From sequence record DRR723986_5735: a DNA stretch of 35,747 bases; one strand, written 5' to 3'. A program made the translations under genes and the position numbers. The notes below the pieces were generated by a model that was given only the letters and a program-made list of their open reading frames with translations, was not told the origin of the DNA and ran no database searches. Position 1 is the stretch's first letter. Every line of letters starts with the position of its first letter. Positions 9,458 to 20,400 of this stretch are shown here, piece by piece.

Positions 9458-10927
9458 ATGCAATCGGCAGACCCCCAAGCCAGCGTCCGAACTACTTTTT
9501 CGTTGACCGTTCTATTCGCGGTGAGCGTTGCAATCGGCTGCAGTCAGACGCCAGATCCGCCACCACGTTCCGATGCAACCTCCAGCTCTGGCAACTCTGC
9601 CTCCAAGACGGACGACAAAGAAGCGGTCGCTGGTCCTACACAGCCTGGGAGCTTGAAAGCTGCTGACCAAGACCAGTCCCCCCAGTCGACGCTCCAAACT
9701 CAATCAACGGCGCAGGCGCCAACATCCTCTAAGCAAACGGCTGCATCCCCCACAAACGACATGGAGAATGATAGTGCCGCAAACAACGAGCGAACCGAGA
9801 TTACCGTCGCGGAAGAAGGGGATGTAGATGGACTATTCCAAGAGGCAATTGCGCGTGGCAAGGCACTCACCGAAGACTACCCCAATCTTCCCGACGCTCA
9901 AGAGCTACTTGCGAGGATTTATTGGATCACTGGACAGTTCTCTCAGGCGGAGGCAATCTGGACGAAGATCGTTGAGCAGACCCCCAGCTATGCGTACGCC
10001 CACCACGGCCTCGGGCAAGCCGCAGCGAAACGCGGCGATTTTGAACTCGCTGCAAAATATCACACAACTGCATCTGAGCTTCAACCATCCTATGAAGAGG
10101 CCACACTCTATCGTGCGGCTGCACTCACCAAAATCGGCGAAGTGGACACTGCGATCCAGGTACTTTCAGAATTCTTGAACCAACGTCCGTCAGTTTCTGC
10201 CCAGCTAAAGTTGGGGCAAGCCTACCTTGCCAGCAAGCACTTTGCCGAGGCAAAGGACACGTTCGAAGAAGTGCTTGAACGTGCCCCGGACAATCTAGAA
10301 TCACTATCAGGCTTGGCCATTGCCCAGTCTCGCACCGGACAGAGAGACAAAGCGATCGAAACGCGGAACCGCCTAGCTTTGCTCCGCAAACAACAACGAT
10401 CCACGACGATGGAATCTCGGAAGTCAACGAATGACTTCGATTTACAGCAAGAAGCGCTCGCCTCAAGACTCTTCTCCGTAGGGCAAGTTTATTTCTCGAA
10501 ACAGCGTTGGGCCAAGGCGGAAGAGGTTTGGAAACGCGCGTACGAACTGAACAAGCAAGACCGCTCGCCGCTTGAACAACTCGCTGCACTCTACATAGGA
10601 CTTGGCGATGCGGAAAACGCGCTGACTGCATGCACGAAACTCTACAATGCCGCACCAGAGAATCCAAACTACGCATTTAATTACGCAATGGTTCTCGACC
10701 GCACCGGCAAACAACTCGAGGCAATTGATGTCCTCAACAAAACGGCAGGTCAATCTCCATCGACTCAAGTTCTCGGCATGCTAGCTGACCTCCAGCTTCG
10801 CACCGGCAGCGTCGATGCCGCTGGAGAAACCGTAAGAAAAGCCCTGAAGCTTGCACCAGAAAACCCACAACTCAAATCTCTGCTAGCCAATATCGAAGCC
10901 GCTGAAGAAACAGACAAACCGCAATGA
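9458..10927 (+). CDS. TPR-repeat lipoprotein
   Basis: ATG 9458 precedes a signal peptide with lipobox VAIG|C; S/T/Q-rich linker; many TPRs (AHHGLGQAAAKRGDFELA, AQLKLGQAYLASKHFAEA); stop overlaps the next ATG (ATGA). Confidence 0.88.
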   Translation: MQSADPQASVRTTFSLTVLFAVSVAIGCSQTPDPPPRSDATSSSGNSASKTDDKEAVAGPTQPGSLKAADQDQSPQSTLQTQSTAQAPTSSKQTAASPTNDMENDSAANNERTEITVAEEGDVDGLFQEAIARGKALTEDYPNLPDAQELLARIYWITGQFSQAEAIWTKIVEQTPSYAYAHHGLGQAAAKRGDFELAAKYHTTASELQPSYEEATLYRAAALTKIGEVDTAIQVLSEFLNQRPSVSAQLKLGQAYLASKHFAEAKDTFEEVLERAPDNLESLSGLAIAQSRTGQRDKAIETRNRLALLRKQQRSTTMESRKSTNDFDLQQEALASRLFSVGQVYFSKQRWAKAEEVWKRAYELNKQDRSPLEQLAALYIGLGDAENALTACTKLYNAAPENPNYAFNYAMVLDRTGKQLEAIDVLNKTAGQSPSTQVLGMLADLQLRTGSVDAAGETVRKALKLAPENPQLKSLLANIEAAEETDKPQ

Positions 10928-12615
10928 AACGTTTTCGCCTTGGATTCTGCCTTCTGATCCTGCTGTGCCTGAATGGATTGTCCGCGTCAATCGGCATCCA
11001 TGCTCAGGGGGTAATCGCGACGAAGATGCACTTCGTAGATATCTCTAACTCGTGCGATTTAGATTTTGTCCACTCTGATGGTGGAAGCGGCGAGCGTTTC
11101 ATTATGGAATACGTTGCATCGGGCATGGCTGTTTTCGATTACGACGGTGATGGCCTTGAAGACATCTTGTTCTTGAGCGGCAGCAGGTCAGCCGTTGCGG
11201 GCGATGCTTTGGACAGTCCACTATCAACCGGCGAGTCCCCCAACCGGCTGTTCCGCAACCTTGGCAACTGGCAGTTTGTAGATGTCACCCTTCAAGCGGG
11301 CCTACATGACATTGCTCATTCCCTTGGCACGGCTGTCGCAGACTATGACAACGACGGTGACCAAGATGTCTTTGTGAACAATTTTGGCGTCAATGAACTG
11401 TATCAGAATCAGGGAGACGGCACATTCTCACCAGTCGAATCGTCGGCCCTGACGTCGATGTCCAATGTCGGTGCAGGAGCATGTTTCATCGATATTGACC
11501 GGGATGGAAATTTGGATTTATTCGTTGCCAACTACGTGCATTTTGATCGCGACACGCATCCCAAACGCACCTACCGAGGCAAACGCGTTTATCCAAGCCC
11601 ACAAGATTTTGAACCCGAACCAGACAACCTCTTTCGCAACAACGGCGATGGTACGTTCTCCGACGTTAGCCAGTCGAGCGGTATCCAAGATGTTGCTGGT
11701 ACCGGTATGGGAGCGATTGCCGCCGACTTCAACAATGACGGTGCTTGTGACATCTTCGTGTGCAACGACGTTATGGAGAATTTCTTGTACATCAACGACG
11801 GCGCTGGCCACTTTATCGAAGACGGTCTAATCTCTGGCGTGGCTCTCGACTTCGCGGGTCTTCGCCAAGGCAGCATGGGCGTCGACATGGGCGACATCAA
11901 CGGAGACCTAAGGGAAGACCTAGTTGTCACCAGTTTTCAAAGCGAAGCACCGGTCATCTACGAAAACGCCGGTGATGGGTTCTTCGACGATACGACACCA
12001 ACGTTCGGCGGATTGAGTGAGGCGACTCCGGAAGTGACCTGGGGCGTGTGCCTTGCTGACTTTGACCATGATGCAGACCTGGACCTGTTTATGGCAAGTG
12101 GGCACCTGATGGACAACATTAGGGCCACTGATGACACGCAGTCCTACGAATCGGGGGACCTGCTTTTTGAGAATGATGGTGAAGGTTTCACGCACGTTAC
12201 GCCACTTGCTGGCGATGCTTTTCAAGTCAAGAAAGTCTCACGGAGCGCGGCAGTCGCCGATTTTGATTCCGACGGTGACCTCGATATCATCGTACTCAAT
12301 CTAAACGCCCGTCCGAGCGTATATCGCAACGACTGCAAAGCCGGACCATCTATTCAAGTACGTTTGATCGGCCGACCTCCGATGAATCGCGACGCTATTG
12401 GTGCAACAGTAACGATTGAATCTCCAGTGAAGTCGCGCCGCACGATCCTCAGCGGCCAGGGTTATCAGAGTTCTTTTGGAAGACGACTCCATTTCGGCAC
12501 TCGCGAAAAAGACAGCCCTATAACTGTTCGAATCGAGTGGCCCGATTCATCCACATCAACGCACGAACTCTCGCCATCCCGACTGCCGCAAACGATCATT
12601 GCGACGGTCAAATAG
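10924..12615 (+). CDS. CRTAC1 family protein (FG-GAP repeats + ASPIC/UnbV domain)
   Basis: Repeated D.D.DG..D motifs (DYDGDGLED, DYDNDGDQD, DIDRDGNLD, DFNNDGACD, DINGDLRED, DFDSDGDLD); C-terminal NRDAIGATV...GYQS...LHFG...IEWPD. Confidence 0.93.
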   Translation: MKRFRLGFCLLILLCLNGLSASIGIHAQGVIATKMHFVDISNSCDLDFVHSDGGSGERFIMEYVASGMAVFDYDGDGLEDILFLSGSRSAVAGDALDSPLSTGESPNRLFRNLGNWQFVDVTLQAGLHDIAHSLGTAVADYDNDGDQDVFVNNFGVNELYQNQGDGTFSPVESSALTSMSNVGAGACFIDIDRDGNLDLFVANYVHFDRDTHPKRTYRGKRVYPSPQDFEPEPDNLFRNNGDGTFSDVSQSSGIQDVAGTGMGAIAADFNNDGACDIFVCNDVMENFLYINDGAGHFIEDGLISGVALDFAGLRQGSMGVDMGDINGDLREDLVVTSFQSEAPVIYENAGDGFFDDTTPTFGGLSEATPEVTWGVCLADFDHDADLDLFMASGHLMDNIRATDDTQSYESGDLLFENDGEGFTHVTPLAGDAFQVKKVSRSAAVADFDSDGDLDIIVLNLNARPSVYRNDCKAGPSIQVRLIGRPPMNRDAIGATVTIESPVKSRRTILSGQGYQSSFGRRLHFGTREKDSPITVRIEWPDSSTSTHELSPSRLPQTIIATVK

Positions 12616-12740
12616 CGTTCGATTTTGCAGCCGATCTTTGGTTGAGCCGGGTCGTCGCGATTGAGACGGCTTGAAACCGGTCCCGCGCCTCCCCCAGAAT
12701 AGCCAAAAACAACCCCCAATCTGAGAAATTCATAAAAAAC

Positions 12741-12769
12741 TTGACTAGGGGCTCAGAACTCCCTAAAAC
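12741..12769 (+). promoter_or_regulatory. Putative sigma70-type promoter for the DUF1559 gene
   Basis: TTGACT (12741-46), 17-nt spacer, TAAAAC (12764-69), preceded by an A-rich UP-like tract; the -10 box lacks the final T. Confidence 0.45.
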
Positions 12770-12818
12770 CAGCGTTAACGTTAGTCACGTCCACGCTATT
12801 CATTTTGGGGAATCGGTA

Positions 12819-13943
12819 ATGTCAAAACGTTCACAGAGGCCAGGTTTCACGCTGGTGGAATTACTGGTGGTCATTGCAATCATTGGAATTTTGGTGGGTC
12901 TGCTTTTACCCGCCGTTCAGGCGGCTAGAGAGGCGGCCCGAAGAATGCAGTGCAGCAACAATCTAAAGCAACTTGGATTGGCTGCACTCAACTATGAATC
13001 CACTTACAAGCGGTTTCCTTCACGACAGCAGGGAAGCGGAACGATTCGGACTCAGGGCCAGCGTTTGCGGTTAAGCGGTTTCGGTACCATGCTACCGTTC
13101 CTAGAGCAAACTCCTCTCTGGAATGCGATTGAAGCAAATCGAAATAGAAATCCCTGGAACAACTGGTTCCGTGCCAACGGTGGCCAGCTCTCATTCCTCC
13201 GCTGCCCAAGCGATCCGGGTTGGAGTCGTACTCGCGACCCCAACAATCGAACTTGGGACGGAAATGTATGTTATGCAATGAACGCAGGTGATTGTTACGC
13301 TCGTGCCGCCTGGCATGACCAAGGCGAACGGGACAACGCTGCTCTTTCGATCAATCGGCCGACCATCCACGTTCGCGGCGTCTTCGGTCGCCACACCTAC
13401 TACTCCATCGGAAGCGTCTCTGACGGAACAAGCAATACACTCGCATTTTCGGAACGCCGAATTCCAACGGACCAACAAGGCCGCGGTATGGTTGCATGGT
13501 CCTCAGGTGCGACAGATGTTTATGTGCCATTGGCGTGTCGTGCCCTTTGGTCAGGCAACCGATACAACCCCGATGCGGGATATGTTCGATTTAACCGTGA
13601 CACTCAGGCTGGTTACCGCTGGATTGACGGGGCTGCCTTCTTCCATGCATTCACGACAATCTTGCCTCCCAACACTGCTGTTTGCTTGATTGGTGCCAGT
13701 GATGACTGGCGGGCAACCGGCGGCCACTACGGCCCTGGAATCTGGACTCCGAGTAGCGAACACACCGGTGGCGTAAATACGAGTTACGTCGACGGTAGCG
13801 TTCACTTCATTAGCCAGAATATCGACTCCGGCAACCTCGGAATCGTTGCTCCAGGCGAAAATGGCAGTGGCCCAAGCCCATACGGTGTCTGGGGAGCCCT
13901 CGGCACTCGAGCTGCTGGCGAGGTTGTATCCGGCATCGAGTAG
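12819..13943 (+). CDS. DUF1559 domain prepilin-like protein
   Basis: [55 protein letters not shown] prepilin N-terminus; DGTSNT; C-terminal H-X9-DG motif ([18 protein letters not shown]); GGGGA RBS before ATG 12819. Confidence 0.95.
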   Translation: MSKRSQRPGFTLVELLVVIAIIGILVGLLLPAVQAAREAARRMQCSNNLKQLGLAALNYESTYKRFPSRQQGSGTIRTQGQRLRLSGFGTMLPFLEQTPLWNAIEANRNRNPWNNWFRANGGQLSFLRCPSDPGWSRTRDPNNRTWDGNVCYAMNAGDCYARAAWHDQGERDNAALSINRPTIHVRGVFGRHTYYSIGSVSDGTSNTLAFSERRIPTDQQGRGMVAWSSGATDVYVPLACRALWSGNRYNPDAGYVRFNRDTQAGYRWIDGAAFFHAFTTILPPNTAVCLIGASDDWRATGGHYGPGIWTPSSEHTGGVNTSYVDGSVHFISQNIDSGNLGIVAPGENGSGPSPYGVWGALGTRAAGEVVSGIE

Positions 13944-13960
13944 ATCGCTGACGATTTTCC

Positions 13961-13997
13961 AAGCCGACCACACCTAGGTTGTGTGGTCGGCTTTTTT
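13961..13997 (+). terminator. Intrinsic terminator after the DUF1559 gene
   Basis: 13-bp perfect stem AAGCCGACCACAC / GTGTGGTCGGCTT with a 7-nt loop and T-run. Confidence 0.88.
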
Positions 13998-14029
13998 CAT
14001 TCTAAGAAACAGTTTTCCGGTGGAGAGAT

Positions 14030-14491
14030 ATGCTAAAACGTTGCCTTATAGCCTGTATGCTACTTTGCCTGCCTGCATGCAGTAATGTCCCTGATGGTCC
14101 GCGAACAGTTCCCTGCGAAGGCACTGTGTATTTGGATGGCGAGCCCGTTGATGGTGCAGTCGTTGTGTTCGTTTCAAGTGCTGGTACAGAGTACAGCGCT
14201 AGTGGTCCAGCAGATAAGAACGGCAACTTCAGTTTGAATGCCTTCCCCTACAAGTCTGGAGCTGTACCGGGTGAGTACATCGCGATGGTGAAAAAAGACG
14301 TTGAAATCACCAGCCAGCCTAAGGGGAAAGCCAACGCCGAGGAGAAAGAGCACGCTGAAGAGGGAGGCGGTGAGCAATTGGGTGTCAAGAATATCATGCC
14401 CGCTAAGTACGCTCAGCCGACTCCGCTGCTTTCCTTTACCGTTCCTGAGGACGGCGTAAAAGATCTGAAGATCGAACTGACTTCCGATTAG
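14030..14491 (+). CDS. Small lipoprotein with a carboxypeptidase-regulatory-like (transthyretin-like) domain, the typical DUF1559 partner
   Basis: GGAGAG RBS; lipobox LPA|C; motifs GTVYLDGEPVDGAVVVF, ADKNGNFSL, GAVPGEY, MPAKYA...L.FTV. Confidence 0.88.
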   Translation: MLKRCLIACMLLCLPACSNVPDGPRTVPCEGTVYLDGEPVDGAVVVFVSSAGTEYSASGPADKNGNFSLNAFPYKSGAVPGEYIAMVKKDVEITSQPKGKANAEEKEHAEEGGGEQLGVKNIMPAKYAQPTPLLSFTVPEDGVKDLKIELTSD

Positions 14492-14530
14492 TATCGAGAC
14501 TGTCGATAATTTAGCAGGAGTCATAAACGC

Positions 14531-16216
14531 TTGAGCTTTCGAATTGCTCCAAAGCGAATACTAAGCCTCGGCATCCAGCCGGGGCTTTTTTTCGTAGTTG
14601 CGGTCGTGGCAAGCTGGCCGTTGTCTGCGCACATTTGGTCAGCTATTCCGTCAGGGGATTCCCCCGTCGGTACTGTGCCAATGCTCAACAACTGGATTCT
14701 CTGGTGGAATACTGAGTTCATCTTGCATCCGAATAGTTATTGGAATGCTCCCGCGTTTCACCCGACCAAAGGAGCAATGGCTCTGTCGGAGCCACAACCA
14801 ATCTTGATCCTGCTTGCACCAATGGCTTGGCTGAGTGGATCTAACCTTCTCACTTACAACCTCTACTTGCTCGTAAACCTAACGCTCAATGGAGTAGCTG
14901 GCGCGTACTTTATCGCAACCATTGGAGGTTCGCGCCGGTTCCAACTTGTTGGCGGCATCTTGTTAACGATTCACCCTCTTGTTTGGCACAACTTGGAAGC
15001 CATTCAACTTACCGTACTTTCTCCATTTCTGTTGGCGTTTGCTTTTGCCATCCGCTGCGCAACCGACTATCGAAGCGGGGACATGTGTCGCGTGCTTGTG
15101 GCACTATCGATCGGAAGCTTGACCTGCCTGCACCACACGCTGTTTGCAATTCTAGTACTAGCCGGGACGACCGTCGTTTACCTCGCCATAAGCCCTGGTT
15201 GGTTGCCACAGTTACTGTCTAGGTGGTGGCAAACTCCGATGAAGACTAGAGCTATGCGAGTAGCAGCTCTATTTGTATGGCTGACGGTTCTCTTCTTGGC
15301 CTACATACAACCAATGCGCGTCATACTGGAACGTGAGACTAGCACGCGGAGTGCAGCCGTCACCCAGGCGCTGTCTGCGCGTGGAGCGGATTGGTTGAGT
15401 CCGGCGGGCGCGGGGCTCTCCTCTGCGTTCCAGTTTGAGGCAGATCTTCCATTGAGCCCAGGAATTCTTAGGACTTTACTAGCAGTCGTTGTTGTCATTC
15501 TTTGCTACAGGAATGCTCAGGTGCGCTTCATCGGAAGCGCCACTTTGATAAGTGTAATGCTTTCGTACGGTGCAAATCTTCAACTAGGAACTTTCCAATT
15601 GTGGGAAGCTGCTTCGGAGACAGTCTACGGGCTTTCTTCAATTCGCAGCCCCTATCGCTTCGCCTATTTTGCACAAGCTTTCATTCTCTTATTGGCGACT
15701 TACTCACTGCATGTAGTGTCCGCCCAACTGCGTCTGAATTCTCGCGCGCATCGAATTATGTTGCTTTCTATGATTGCAGTGTTGTTAGTCTGCGATAGCC
15801 TGCCTTCGCGGCCATTCATATACTTTCCGCCAAGTCGACAGAATGCCCCGCAGTGGCTGGCCAGCCTGAAAGATCTACCGGAGGAAACGCCGGTTTTATG
15901 TTTACCAGCAGCCAAGAGTGGCTCGGAGCTGGCGTTAGAACAAGATGCATTGTGGATGAACTTTGCGACTCTACACAAACGTCCTATCCTCAATGGCTAC
16001 TCGGGGTTCTCACCTACCGCATGGCGACGACTGCGGAGGGAACTGAATAACCCAGACTTGCGGGTCCAGGCCGTTATTGACTCACCTGCCAAAGTCGTCG
16101 TTATTGACCGCCTCGCGCCGTCAGTTTCTGGCATAGCCGATCAACTACACTCGGACTTCGACACGATCTATGACGATGGAAGAACACTTGTACTGCGCCG
16201 GGCAGTCGATCAATAG
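14531..16216 (+). CDS. Polytopic membrane protein, YfhO/GT-C glycosyltransferase-like; start uncertain
   Basis: About 11-13 hydrophobic segments; N.WILWWN, YWNAPAFHP...ALSE, IRSPYRF and C-terminal ILNGYSGFSP motifs resemble GT-C/YfhO-like membrane proteins; TTG start. Confidence 0.72.
   Translation: MSFRIAPKRILSLGIQPGLFFVVAVVASWPLSAHIWSAIPSGDSPVGTVPMLNNWILWWNTEFILHPNSYWNAPAFHPTKGAMALSEPQPILILLAPMAWLSGSNLLTYNLYLLVNLTLNGVAGAYFIATIGGSRRFQLVGGILLTIHPLVWHNLEAIQLTVLSPFLLAFAFAIRCATDYRSGDMCRVLVALSIGSLTCLHHTLFAILVLAGTTVVYLAISPGWLPQLLSRWWQTPMKTRAMRVAALFVWLTVLFLAYIQPMRVILERETSTRSAAVTQALSARGADWLSPAGAGLSSAFQFEADLPLSPGILRTLLAVVVVILCYRNAQVRFIGSATLISVMLSYGANLQLGTFQLWEAASETVYGLSSIRSPYRFAYFAQAFILLLATYSLHVVSAQLRLNSRAHRIMLLSMIAVLLVCDSLPSRPFIYFPPSRQNAPQWLASLKDLPEETPVLCLPAAKSGSELALEQDALWMNFATLHKRPILNGYSGFSPTAWRRLRRELNNPDLRVQAVIDSPAKVVVIDRLAPSVSGIADQLHSDFDTIYDDGRTLVLRRAVDQ
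14563..14592 (+). terminator. Terminator-like hairpin after the lipoprotein gene, overlapping the 5' end of the next ORF
   Basis: AAGCCTCGGC-ATCCA-GCCGGGGCTT (10 bp, one G-U pair) followed by a T-run. Confidence 0.7.
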
Positions 16217-16482
16217 CGTTCTCGAAACCAAAGCAGTCTGTCGTGTCGGCGAATAGCAGATGCCTGCGTACTCAAGCCAGACTTGTTACAATCAACTAGT
16301 GTTGACGTGGATTCCCGGGTTTGTTGTACAAGGCCCTGCAACAATTGAGCAAGCTGCGTTGCATTTATCTCAAACGAAGAAAACTCCCGTTTGACCTGGC
16401 GGAACTTTTCGGTTCACTAGTCTGTTCGTATTTCTATTTGAACCTTCAGACACCACACTTCCATTTGCCCTAGAGGTGTTTT

Positions 16483-17385
16483 ATGTCGCATGTACTCTTG
16501 GTTGAAGACAGTCCCACACAAGCACTGCAGATGAAAATGCTGCTTGAATCGGCTGAGCACGATGTTACGTGCTGTGACGATGGGACGGCAGCAGTAGAAG
16601 AATTGGCGAATGGAACCAGCGAGATCGTCGTCACCGATCTGGAACTGCCCGTCATGAACGGGCTTGAGTTGATCAAGCGGATGCAGGCTGATTTCCCAGA
16701 TGTCCCGGCAGTCTTGGTAACAGGCCACGGATCGGAACGCCTGGCAGCGGAAGCCTTGCAGGTTGGTGCAACTGCTTACGTTCCCAAGAGCATGCTCGAT
16801 GAGTTGCTGCTTGGAACAGTTGAAGACGTTTTGGGCGTCATGCGGACCGACCGCAGCTACGCCGAACTTATCGACTGCACCGAAGAAAATCGGCTTGTCT
16901 TCAACCTACCCAACAAACCGGCGCTCCTAACTGCTGCTATCGACCTGACGATGCAGATGGCTGCCGGCATGCAATTGCTCTCGGGCGTCGAACGTTTTCG
17001 TGTTGGAACGGCGTTGCGGCAAGCTGCTTCAAACGCGATCTACCGGGGGAATCTTGAACTCACTCACACCGAATGGAAGCAAACTTCCGCTGAAGAATCG
17101 ATCGATTCGACCGATGCCGCCGTGGTCGAAAAGCTCAATGATTCCGCGCTTGCAAATCGCAAGATCCACTTCGATGCGCGTGTCACTCGCGACTTTATTC
17201 GAGTCGTCATTGCCGATCAGGGTAAGGGATTTGACCATGCCAGCGTCATAGGAGCCGAGGGCAGCAATGTCGACGACTCACACGGTCGTGGCCTGGTCAT
17301 GATCAAGAATTTTATGGACAAGATATCATTTAATACGCGCGGAAACGAAATCACCCTCGTGAAACATTGCAAAGCGGACGCCTAG
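16483..17385 (+). CDS. Response regulator: REC domain + RsbW/SpoIIAB-like HATPase_c domain
   Basis: GAGGTG RBS; REC motifs LLVEDS, VVTDLELPVMNG, YVPK; C-terminal N-box (SNAIYRGN), DQGKGFD, GRGLVMI and GNEITLVK. Confidence 0.9.
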   Translation: MSHVLLVEDSPTQALQMKMLLESAEHDVTCCDDGTAAVEELANGTSEIVVTDLELPVMNGLELIKRMQADFPDVPAVLVTGHGSERLAAEALQVGATAYVPKSMLDELLLGTVEDVLGVMRTDRSYAELIDCTEENRLVFNLPNKPALLTAAIDLTMQMAAGMQLLSGVERFRVGTALRQAASNAIYRGNLELTHTEWKQTSAEESIDSTDAAVVEKLNDSALANRKIHFDARVTRDFIRVVIADQGKGFDHASVIGAEGSNVDDSHGRGLVMIKNFMDKISFNTRGNEITLVKHCKADA

Positions 17386-17453
17386 CGACTGGTAACCGCA
17401 TGGCCCAGCATTAGAACGACTTTCCAGCGAGTCATTCAAGTAAGTTAAACAGC

Positions 17454-20400
17454 ATGACAAGTCCGTTTGCGATCGACTCGGCCAAAGACTTACCTTCACA
17501 CAACGTACTTGACCGAATTTCTGATATCGCGTTTGTGATTACGTCCGACTTCGGTCAGATCGTGCACGCCAACTCTGCGGCTTCCAGCTTCCTTGGATGG
17601 CGACCTGCAGAGCTTGTAAGTTTTGAGTCGTGGCAGAATCACATCGTCGCACCGGATTCCCAGCCTGTTCTTGCTGAACTCTGCGCTGCTTGTCAAGCAG
17701 CCAGCGGTAGCGAGTCGATCGAAATCAATCGAACGTTCGACATCGAATTCCTGTCCGCCGCGGGATTCTCCCTATCGATCAGATTCAATTGCGCTATCGT
17801 TTCAGAAGGCCAGACCCTACTGCTGGGCCAAGAGCAGTTGTCCGATGAGCGCGCCGAAGAAGTCTTAAGACAAGTAAATGCTCGCTTTCGTTCCATCGTC
17901 GACAGCCTGTCAATAAATCTGGTCCTGAAAGATACCAGTGGGAAACGAATCTACGCAAACCAGGCATATCTAAAACATCGACGTCTTCAGCTCGGCGATA
18001 TTCTCGGCAAGAAAGACACAGACCTTTTTCCTGCAGACTTGGCGGAACAGTTCGCCAATGACGACCGGCAAGTTCTGCAGCATGGAAAGGTTATCCACAA
18101 GTTTGAGGAGAACATCAGCGCCGCGGGTATTCGCAAGTGGACAGAAATTATCAAGGGGCCTGTGCGCGATGCGGACGACGAGATCTCCGGAGTACAGATC
18201 CTTTTCTGGGATGCAAGTGACCGCAAAACGACCGAACTAGAACTTGAACGCGAGCGGTATCTGTTGCACGCGCTACTGGACAACATCCCCGATTCAATAT
18301 ACTTCAAAGACAAGGACAGTAAGTTCGTTCGCATTAGTCGCGGTATGGCTCAGAAATTTGACTTGGAGGATCCAACGGTTGCAATTGGTCGAACCGACGC
18401 GGACATATTCACAGAACAGCATGCTCTGCAAGCTCGGCGAGACGAACAGGAGATAATGGAGACGGGGCGTCCGGTTGTTGGATTAGTCGAACGCGAAACA
18501 TGGCCCGATCGCCCCGACACCTGGTGCTCATCTACAAAGCTGCCGTTGACCGACGCAGAAGGAAAAGTCGTAGGCACTTTTGGCATCTCGCGTGACGTCA
18601 CTGAACTGATCGAAATCGAGCAAAAGCTGCGGGAAGCCCGTGATCAAGCGGACCAAGCCAGCCATGCAAAGAGCGAGTTTCTTGCCAATATGAGCCACGA
18701 AATTCGCACACCGATGAACGGTATCATCGGCATGAGTGAGTTGCTCAGCCATACGTCGTTGACCGACACGCAAGCGTCTTACCTGAAGATGATTCAGCAA
18801 TCCGCGTCTTCACTGCTTCGAATCATTAACGACATCCTGGACTTTTCGAAGATTGAAGCGGGCAAGCTTGAGCTCGTTACGATCCCGTTCCAAATTCAAG
18901 AATGTATCGCCGATGCAGCGAAGGGATTAGCGATTCGCGCAGCCAAGAAAGGGCTACGTCTCGATTTACAAATTGACACCGATGTCCCGGAGACAGTTTT
19001 GGGTGACCCAGACCGTTTGCGGCAGGTGATCATCAACCTGGCAGGAAACGCGATCAAGTTCACAAGCGAGGGGCAGGTTGGCATTCGCGTCAAAGTCACT
19101 AGCGGACCGCCGGCGGACACGAATTACACACTACACTTCTCGATCAGCGATACGGGGATTGGCATTCCGGAAGCGAAACAGGCAGCGATCTTTGAAGCGT
19201 TTTCGCAAGCCGACGTGTCTACGACGCGGACTTACGGCGGGACCGGACTTGGACTTTCCATATCGACGCAACTGGTCGATCTTATGCGAGGCAAGATCTG
19301 GCTTGAGAGTGAACTTGGCAGTGGATCAACATTTCACTTCAGTGGAGTGTTTGAACCAGCCTCGTCACAGAACACCGACGTGCCACCCAACGCAAGCCTG
19401 CAGGACATCCATCTACTGTATGTCGCCTCCACTCCTCGCGAGCACCTGCAACACGGCCTTCAACGACGAGGCCTCAAGCTGACCGTTGCAACCGAGTTCA
19501 GCTCTGCCCCCGAACTGCTGCAGTCCATGCTGACGGCCGAACCCGAGCGAATCGCGGTACTGATCGACCTGGCCGATGCCGAAGCTGTTGGCGTCCAGCT
19601 CGCTGAAGACCTGCAAAGCCGTGCGCCTGATCGCATCAAGTCGACTTTACTGTTGTCCGATTCGCCAAATCCGGTCACGGCCAAGTCGTCCGAAAAACTA
19701 AGCAAAGCGCAAATTCTCCAGACGCCGGTGCTCGTGACAGAAATATGCCGAGTCTTGGCCCAAACTGACCACCCACCACAAACCGCGAAGGACGATGCAG
19801 CTACGACTGACCAACACCGCCTCAATCTACTGTTAGCTGAAGACGGCGAGGTGAACCGGGCAATCATGCTAGGCATTCTTGAAAAACTTGGACACTCAGT
19901 GACGTGGGTCGACGATGGCGACAAGGCGGTTAGCAAATGGGAAGAGGGCCAATTCGATGCCATCCTGATGGATATCCAAATGCCCGTCATGGATGGACTT
20001 GAGGCTAGCAAGGCGATTCGGCAGATTGAGCGGCATGGCGATCGGGCAAAGCAAACGCCCATCATTGCAATCACTGCGGGAGCTATGGAGAGCGATCGAG
20101 ATCAGTGCATTGCTGCTGGCATGAATGACTATTTGAGCAAGCCAATTGACTTCGCCCAGTTGGAAGATTTGCTGGACCGCCTACAAGCACACACACTTGC
20201 ACCGCAACCTGGATCAGTATTCGGCAGCTTCCAAGAAACAGGGGCTGCGGCAGCAACGCCAGAAGCGGCCCCCAACGAATCAACTATTCAAGACCGAGAC
20301 AATACGGATACGGAGCAGCCGCCAAAGGGCAAGCTCGATTTTGATGCCCCGGTAAGGAAATTCAAGAGCACGGCCGACCAGCAAGTTGCCTTGGTTAGCA

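Noticed and set aside
16217-16482. Possible riboswitch or ncRNA; palindromes TTGTTACAA (16283-91), TCAAC-TAGT-GTTGA and TTGTACAA (16324-31); GGAACTT ECF-like box
   Set aside because: No match to riboswitch consensus I can recognise; the motifs are short enough to arise by chance.
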